Positions 17,907 through 23,514 of a DNA stretch of 23,514 nt are shown one piece after another. The position numbers and the translations under genes are program-made. A model generated the notes under the pieces. It was not told the DNA's origin, did not search any database, and saw only the letters and a program-made list of their open reading frames with translations. Every line of letters starts with the position of its first letter. Position 1 is the first letter of the stretch. This DNA comes from Candidatus Heimdallarchaeota archaeon (GTDB lineage Archaea > Asgardarchaeota > Heimdallarchaeia > JABLTI01): positions 1 to 23,514 of the forward strand of contig DXJV01000054.1 of assembly GCA_019056785.1 (NCBI GenBank), read 5' to 3'.

Positions 17907-18402
17907 TACTTGTAATTGCTATCTCTGCTGTGGGCTGCCCGGGCCCTTTTTCTGTGGGGGGGTCAAAGGTGTATGTGCTATAACTGTAAATTAACATGTC
18001 TTCATAAATTAAAATACTGGTGAGTTTACATTCATACCATCCTGCTTCGATTGCTGTATCATAGGCAGTAATTGTTATCTCTAATGAAGAGTCTCCATAG
18101 AAACTTAACATCACTTGGAAGGAAAACTTATAGACCATCCCTGATGGGAGGGTAATATCAAGATAAATATATGCTTGATAGTCTCCTTGAAAATTTGCTT
18201 TCATTATTGCTTTTATTATGATGTCGTCTTCGCTTCCATCATTATCAAAGTCGCCATAATCCGCTTCGGTAATTGTTAAGGTGATTTTTTGCCCATCGGA
18301 ATACGTTCTTGCTACCTTACTACCAGTTAAAGTAATTATAATTATAAAAAATGCGATGCCTACTGTTAGACTGTTTTTCATTTTTATTTTCAAGTCTTTC
18401 AC
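17899..18402 (-). CDS. Secreted or membrane-anchored beta-rich protein with a Dx[DN]xDG Ca-binding-like loop
   Basis: Basic N-terminus plus hydrophobic VGIAFFIIIITLTG; DYGDFDNDGSEDD; acidic beta-strand-rich body. Alternative ATG at 18381. Confidence 0.75.
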   Translation of the reverse strand: MKDLKIKMKNSLTVGIAFFIIIITLTGSKVARTYSDGQKITLTITEADYGDFDNDGSEDDIIIKAIMKANFQGDYQAYIYLDITLPSGMVYKFSFQVMLSFYGDSSLEITITAYDTAIEAGWYECKLTSILIYEDMLIYSYSTYTFDPPTEKGPGQPTAEIAITSNE

Positions 18403-18539
18403 ATCCGGGGAGATTGAACGAGTTCATATTTTTTTGTTCGTTTAAAAGCTTTGTAGAAAATATTCCATTCTTTCTTTTTATTTTTTATGGTAAACTTATC
18501 CCGTCCTGTGCCTTTCACCCTCACGTTTTTCCATTTCTT

Positions 18540-18788
18540 CTAACAAGAATTAAAAAGGCTTGGCAGAGGATTTAGTCGGTCGATTTTTTTTGCAGATTTA
18601 TACTTATGTTGGACTCGAGGCATTTTATAATTTATTGTTAAATCGCATCTTGGGCATATAACTTTGATTTGGGTTTTTCTTTCCTCCTCAAAGTAAAAAG
18701 TCAGGGGTGGACCTACATATCCACAAACCGGGCATATTCCTTCCCAGTATTCTTTTTCGATGCGTTTAACCAATCTTTTCTTTTGCAA
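18540..18788 (-). CDS. Small basic Zn-ribbon protein
   Basis: CPVCG...ICPRC. TTG start preceded by a GGTGA SD at 18795-18799. Confidence 0.65.
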   Translation of the reverse strand: MQKKRLVKRIEKEYWEGICPVCGYVGPPLTFYFEEERKTQIKVICPRCDLTINYKMPRVQHKYKSAKKIDRLNPLPSLFNSC

Positions 18789-18843
18789 TTTTTTTCACCG
18801 ATCTTTTAATCCTCGTACCTTGCCTTTTTCAACTATCCGAGCG

Positions 18844-18862
18844 GATTATAATGTCTATAATC
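18844..18862. promoter_or_regulatory. Perfect 7-5-7 inverted repeat, candidate operator in a divergent intergenic region
   Basis: GATTATA-ATGTC-TATAATC. Lies just downstream of a minus-strand TATTTAAA (18888-18895). Confidence 0.4.
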
Positions 18863-19027
18863 TACATATTACTCTTAGCAATTATCGTTTAAATATCTTG
18901 TGATATTTTTTTGTCTTTAAGACCTTTTCAGAAAAAAATAACAACGTCCTTTTCTGTTTTCCCCTCTTATAAATAATAACCTTTTTGAGTTTCCATTCAT
19001 TAATAATTAGCTAAGGAGGGAAAAGTC

Positions 19028-20833
19028 ATGAGTGATGTCCTAAAAAACTCCATTAAGCAGCAACTGAAAGCATTATTTTTGTTGGGTTGTTGTTTGGGCG
19101 GGCTTCCATTCTTCAATTTAGGTGTGGTTGCCACAGAGGATGAAGTTCCTACTTTCTTTTCTATCTGCGTTTTAGCTCCCGTTACCTGTAATTGGCGGAA
19201 TGTTTGGTCTACCTTAATAGTGGAACAATTACCAAAAATTGGCATCGGCATTGATGTTTATGACGCTACTGGTTATGTGAACATCGCTCCACGGGTTTGG
19301 AATTATCCGGGTCCTTACCCTATCCCACTGTATGCTGAAGGGGGTTTTGATCTTCTCTTCTTTACCTGGTATTGGAACTTGGATTGGAATCCTTATGGGT
19401 TATTTGATAGTTCCTCCATTACTCCTAACGGCGATAATTTCTATCAATACTCCAACCCGAAGATGGATCTCGCGATTACGAAATTCATTAGTGCTCCCTA
19501 TTTTGATGACCAGCTCTTTTGGGGTGGAAAAATTCAGCAATATCTCTACGAAGATTTACCTCAAATTGCGCTCAATTATTATTCCATATTGATCGCCCAT
19601 AGAGCCAACCTCGAGGGGTGGGATCCTGTTTTATGGGTAAATGACCGGTGCACTATGGAGAATTGGAGTATTCCAGGGCAGAGTGTTTTTCGTTATGCTG
19701 TCCCCGATACATTCGATAATTTTTACATTTATGATCGTTCGTATGTCTGTTCAAACAAATTCTTGGCGCAAATCTATCCTGGACTCCTCTATAGGCGCCC
19801 TAGCACGGGTCGCCATCAATTTGCTCCTTACCTTGCAAAGGATTATAACACGACAGATGGTTTAACTTATCATTTCTGGCTTAATCCTGATGTTCGTTGG
19901 GCTGATGGCATGCCATTGAATGCGTCTGATGTTGTCTATAGTTATGAGGTTCTCGCTAATGTTTCTTCTCTTCAAAATTGGGTTTGGCCTCACCCTCTTT
20001 TAACTAATCTTTCAATAACTATTCTTTCAGAGTATGAACTGGAAATCACTCTTCAAACACCAAGTGTTTGTGCAAATAATTTATTCACATTACCTTTAAT
20101 TCCAAAGCATATTTGGGATTCAATTCCCTATGCCGATCAATTTGTGCAAGCAAACAATTGGGCAATAACCCAGCCAAACAAAATCATTGGTGCGGGTCCT
20201 TATTATTTAGAGGAATATGATAATAACACAAACATCATTCATCTAAAACAAAATGAATACTTTTCAAGCTGGAACTCTATTACACCGCATTTTACAGACA
20301 TTTACTTTATTTTTCAAAATTCTCAAGAAGTGGCATTAAATGCTCTTGCTGCTGGTGAAATTGATATGCTTGATAGTGAGTTTTTTATAAGCATAGAACA
20401 AGTTCCTGAAGGCGCTGCTTATACAAAAGTTGGCACTGGTTATGTCACTGAAATTGCTTTTAATAATTTGCATCCAATTCTCGGGACAGGAGAAGCTTGC
20501 CCAATCGCCGGTTCAGCATCTGCAAAGCATATCCGCAAGGCGATAAGCTATATTGCTCCTCGAGAAATATATATTGCAGAGGTTTTAGAGGGGAAAGGTG
20601 AGCCGGGAGTGACTCAATGCCCTCCAATTGCCTCAATCTATAATACTTCCCTTGAGCCACTTCCTTTTGACATCGAGCGTGCGAAAGAAGAAATGCGCTT
20701 AAGCGGATTTGAATATGAGTCAAGTCATCCCTCTTATGTCATTGGGTACACTTTGCCTGTCTTTCTAGCTCTTCTAAGTCTTTTTGGGGGAACAATTATT
20801 TTTCTTAGAAAAGCAAAGAGACGTGTAGAATAA
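19028..20833 (+). CDS. ABC substrate-binding protein, family 5 (DppA/OppA-like), circularly permuted, with N-terminal signal and C-terminal TM anchor
   Basis: AAGGAGGG SD. Motifs PYLA...DGLTY.F.L..DVRWADG.P.NASDVVYS, IGAGPY, IRKAIS, LPKIGI, GGFD, YSNP.MD, YEDLPQI. Hydrophobic tail followed by RKAKRR. Confidence 0.9.
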   Translation: MSDVLKNSIKQQLKALFLLGCCLGGLPFFNLGVVATEDEVPTFFSICVLAPVTCNWRNVWSTLIVEQLPKIGIGIDVYDATGYVNIAPRVWNYPGPYPIPLYAEGGFDLLFFTWYWNLDWNPYGLFDSSSITPNGDNFYQYSNPKMDLAITKFISAPYFDDQLFWGGKIQQYLYEDLPQIALNYYSILIAHRANLEGWDPVLWVNDRCTMENWSIPGQSVFRYAVPDTFDNFYIYDRSYVCSNKFLAQIYPGLLYRRPSTGRHQFAPYLAKDYNTTDGLTYHFWLNPDVRWADGMPLNASDVVYSYEVLANVSSLQNWVWPHPLLTNLSITILSEYELEITLQTPSVCANNLFTLPLIPKHIWDSIPYADQFVQANNWAITQPNKIIGAGPYYLEEYDNNTNIIHLKQNEYFSSWNSITPHFTDIYFIFQNSQEVALNALAAGEIDMLDSEFFISIEQVPEGAAYTKVGTGYVTEIAFNNLHPILGTGEACPIAGSASAKHIRKAISYIAPREIYIAEVLEGKGEPGVTQCPPIASIYNTSLEPLPFDIERAKEEMRLSGFEYESSHPSYVIGYTLPVFLALLSLFGGTIIFLRKAKRRVE

Positions 20834-20927
20834 CGTGAAATAATGCCCCTTAGAAAAGAGTGCTCTTTTTTATTTTACTAAAGATTATTGGAGACAAATG
20901 GATTTTTGCTTCAATTCTTGGTGTCTT

Positions 20928-20943
20928 GAGAAAATTTAAAAAA
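20928..20943 (+). promoter_or_regulatory. BRE/TATA box of the tRNA gene
   Basis: Purine-rich GAGAAAA then TTTAAAAA, about 30-38 nt upstream of the mature tRNA 5' end. Confidence 0.5.
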
Positions 20944-20972
20944 TAAGGAAAATAGCAAGGAGTTAGAACAAT

Positions 20973-21080
20973 GCCACTGTGGCTCAGCCTGGCAGAGCGA
21001 CTGACTTGTAAAAATGGATGCCGTGTCATTCATTTCAATTAATCAGTTGGTCCGGGGTTCAAATCCCCGCAGTGGCTCCA
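20973..21080 (+). tRNA. tRNA-Thr(UGU) with a 31-nt intron at position 37/38 (21011-21041) and encoded CCA
   Basis: Acceptor GCCACTG/CAGTGGC, D stem GCTC/GAGC, anticodon stem ACTGA/TCAGT, anticodon TGT at 21007-21009, T arm CGGGG-TTCAAAT-CCCCG, discriminator T, then CCA. Confidence 0.95.
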
Positions 21081-21083
21081 CAC

Positions 21084-21095
21084 TCTTTTTTCTTT
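21084..21095 (+). terminator. Oligo-T terminator after tRNA-Thr
   Basis: TCTTTTTTCTTT just downstream of the CCA. Confidence 0.5.
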
Positions 21096-21278
21096 GAATA
21101 GAGTAAGCATATATTCCTTCGATTTTTACGCTGTAAAAAAGAAACTCTTATTATTTTCAGTTTTCTTTCTACAACAATTGTAATGAAACTGAAAAGATTT
21201 TTATTACTCTTTTAAACAATCATTCAAAGGGTTGTAAAATTAACACTATCCTATTATCACTTAACCGGATGGAAGTAA

Positions 21279-22676
21279 ATGAAAAAGGAAAGAGTTCAAG
21301 AGCAAAATGGTGTTTCAAAACCTACACGATCAGCAGTCCCTTTTGAGCCTACTTTTCTGGCAAAATTAGAAAGTAAATTACCTCGGGAATTTGATGCTGG
21401 GGAAATTGATCAGCTAACCCATATTTTTCAAAATACCATTGACCAACAATTAAATGGGATTCTTCATTTTGATGGTTTTTTTGATAAAGAGATAATGCAA
21501 AAAGCCGTCTTTCTAAGTTATTATATGGAGAGTATTCTAGGAAGCCGCTTCATTGTTACACCAAAAAAAGCCTTTTGGCGTCGGCGAGAGGATCTTCTAA
21601 CACAAATTTCTTGCGAATTTATTCAAGTAGAAGATGATGTAGAAAGGGCAATCTTTCGCTTTATCACTTCACCAATTGATCCGCGAAAAGAGTTACCTTT
21701 GAAAGTTGTCTTTTTTAGAACAAAGACAAATGACATTCTGTGTTTAAAGGCTTCACACGAAGCTTTGGACGGTACGGCTGTTAAAGAATATTTGAAACTA
21801 CTTTCCTTTCTGTACAGCAAATTAAAAGAGGATCCTTTCTACTGCCCCCCTGTTAATGGAGCAACAAATCGCTCACTCAAACAAATCTTTCAAAATCTTT
21901 CTTTGTTACAAAGGTTGGGTGTTCTTCTCCATTTGCGAGCAGGAAAAGCTGTTAATTCCTTGCCTTGGAAAACTCAAAAAGCACAAAATAGGCGTTATGA
22001 AATCATTCTTTTCACTCGAGAACAATTCAGAAAGATAAAAGCCCTCAGTAAAAAAATGAGGATATCTATAACTGATTTCATCATTACGGCTTTTCATCGA
22101 GTAATAGGTCGGCTCGCGTATTTCTCTCCCGGAAAAAAGGTTCTAAGTACAATAACTGTTAATCTTCGAGTCTACCTCCCTGAAAATGCTACAACTCCTT
22201 TGTGTAATTTAACCTCCTCAGCTAATGTTTATTCGAGATATCGCCCTGATGAACGGATCGAAAAAACAATAGTAAAAATAACAAAGGCAATGAGGAAAAA
22301 GAAAAAGCGCGGCATTGGTCTTGGCTCGGCACTCTTTTGTAAATGGTTATTCAAGTTAAAATTTAAGAAAGCAGAAAAAATCCTTGAAAAGCGTATTGCT
22401 AATCAATTACAATCCAATAGCACTTTCCCGGTAATAACTAATGTGGGCTTAACTAATCCCTCGGATTTTGCCTTTAGTAATTTGACATTAAAAGATGCTT
22501 ATATAATCCCGCCTTTTATTAAAGCACCGGTATTCATGATGGGTGCCCTAACCTTTGATGAAAAGTTAAGCTTTTCAATTGGTTATTTCGAAGAAAGCTA
22601 TGATAGTTCATTGATACGAGCATTTCTTGAACAAATGAAAGAAGAGATGTTGTCACTGGCAGCCATTTCTCTTTGA
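21279..22676 (+). CDS. Stand-alone condensation-domain / CoA-dependent acyltransferase superfamily protein
   Basis: HxxxDG motif (SHEALDG); second-lobe motifs SITDFIITAF, VNLRVYL, LCNLTS and VITNVG; 465 aa fits a two-lobed CAT-like fold. Confidence 0.85.
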   Translation: MKKERVQEQNGVSKPTRSAVPFEPTFLAKLESKLPREFDAGEIDQLTHIFQNTIDQQLNGILHFDGFFDKEIMQKAVFLSYYMESILGSRFIVTPKKAFWRRREDLLTQISCEFIQVEDDVERAIFRFITSPIDPRKELPLKVVFFRTKTNDILCLKASHEALDGTAVKEYLKLLSFLYSKLKEDPFYCPPVNGATNRSLKQIFQNLSLLQRLGVLLHLRAGKAVNSLPWKTQKAQNRRYEIILFTREQFRKIKALSKKMRISITDFIITAFHRVIGRLAYFSPGKKVLSTITVNLRVYLPENATTPLCNLTSSANVYSRYRPDERIEKTIVKITKAMRKKKKRGIGLGSALFCKWLFKLKFKKAEKILEKRIANQLQSNSTFPVITNVGLTNPSDFAFSNLTLKDAYIIPPFIKAPVFMMGALTFDEKLSFSIGYFEESYDSSLIRAFLEQMKEEMLSLAAISL

Positions 22677-22704
22677 CAAGCCATTGTAATAATAAGCTTA
22701 TTGC

Positions 22705-23358
22705 TCATCTAACTCCCTTTTTTTCCATTACTTCTGAAAAGTACTGCTTGATAGTCTCTGGGTCATATTCAGGAAGATCTGCCACTTTATCACGAAAGTT
22801 TTCAAATAAAGCAATATCCTCTTGCAATATTTGTAATTCCTTTTGTAACTGTTCTCGTCGATGGGAAAGGTGGTTTACAAAACCTTGAATTGCATCTATA
22901 ATTTCTTTTTTTGATTGACTCTCATCAATGAGGGAAGTGAATTCTTGCTCAAAGCGTTTTTGATGGATGGGAAAAGCCCTTCGATCCGGCGGAATGACAT
23001 CACGTAAAAAAACCATCCTTGGGGACCAAATCTCACGCAATTCTTGAAGCCGATTTCTCCCTTTTTTCGTAATTTTGTATAATCTTTGTGCTCGTCCTTT
23101 GTGAATAGTTTCATAAGAATCAATAAACCCTTCTTGCTCCATATTTTTAAGTAATCGATAGACACTTGTCGGTTTGGCACGATAGTATTTTTGCAATTCA
23201 TAACCTGTCATCCCTTCTGGTTTCTCAGAAATATTCCAAAGAAAAACTAATTGCCCCATTTCTTTAACCATATGAGGACCTAAAGGTATGGGTGGTCTAA
23301 AATGATGCCTGCTTGGGTGATGTTTCCGGTGCATTAACAATTCACACTTACATTTCAT
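22705..23358 (-). CDS. PadR-family transcription regulator with His-rich N-terminus and coiled-coil C-terminus
   Basis: MTGYEL...TSVYRLLKNMEQEGFI...GRAQRLYKITKKGR..L. The start may be the ATG at 23334. Confidence 0.88.
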   Translation of the reverse strand: MKCKCELLMHRKHHPSRHHFRPPIPLGPHMVKEMGQLVFLWNISEKPEGMTGYELQKYYRAKPTSVYRLLKNMEQEGFIDSYETIHKGRAQRLYKITKKGRNRLQELREIWSPRMVFLRDVIPPDRRAFPIHQKRFEQEFTSLIDESQSKKEIIDAIQGFVNHLSHRREQLQKELQILQEDIALFENFRDKVADLPEYDPETIKQYFSEVMEKKGVR

Positions 23359-23425
23359 TCTTTGCCATCTAAAAATATTTCCAGTTTGGTGCTATTGAAA
23401 TAAAAAAAGAAGGATAAAGCGTTTT

Positions 23426-23514
23426 TCACTCTTTATCCGAAAGAACTTCCTTAAGAAAGGTAAAATGTTTTTTTCGTAGAATTTTCTTCAACTCATCATT
23501 CGAAAAGTCTTTTA
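23426..23514 (-). CDS. 3' end of a gene entering from beyond the window (unknown product)
   Basis: Open frame KDFSNDELKKILRKKHFTFLKEVLSDKE* ending at TGA 23426-23428, followed by a T-tract on the minus strand. Confidence 0.45.
   Translation of the reverse strand, partial: KDFSNDELKKILRKKHFTFLKEVLSDKE

Noticed and set aside
20973-23514. Integrated element at tRNA-Thr
   Set aside because: No integrase, and I found no duplicated tRNA segment (att site) within the window.
1-23514. CRISPR arrays, IS elements, rRNA, long tandem DNA repeats
   Set aside because: None were seen on manual reading. Intergenic regions are short and non-repetitive.

Overview
Archaeal chromosomal segment. Evidence: aIF2-beta/DUF424/NMD3 cluster, archaeal type IA topoisomerase, intron-containing tRNA-Thr, GGTGA/GGAGG Shine-Dalgarno motifs and TTTAAA-type TATA boxes. 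The tandem Lrp/AsnC regulator and the permuted, C-terminally anchored family-5 binding protein resemble proteins I associate with Asgard archaea; that lineage call is an inference. Left part: PfkB kinase (partial), a small Zn-finger gene coupled to topA, an Ldh_2 dehydrogenase, a tail-anchored double Zn-finger protein, a frameshifted Nim-like flavoprotein gene and a decayed iorA-iorB deletion-fusion pseudogene. Centre: a ~7.3 kb co-oriented redox cluster, the best candidate for an undescribed system. It encodes a tandem Cys-rich unknown protein, a HydC/HydB/NuoG-like module with bifurcation signatures but no H-cluster and only a remnant Mo domain, and a complete NfnA/NfnB pair. Right part: a double Lrp/AsnC regulator coupled to a secreted DxDxDG protein, a Zn-ribbon protein, an orphan circularly permuted SBP, tRNA-Thr(UGU), a stand-alone condensation-domain protein and a PadR regulator. 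I saw no mobile element or CRISPR array.
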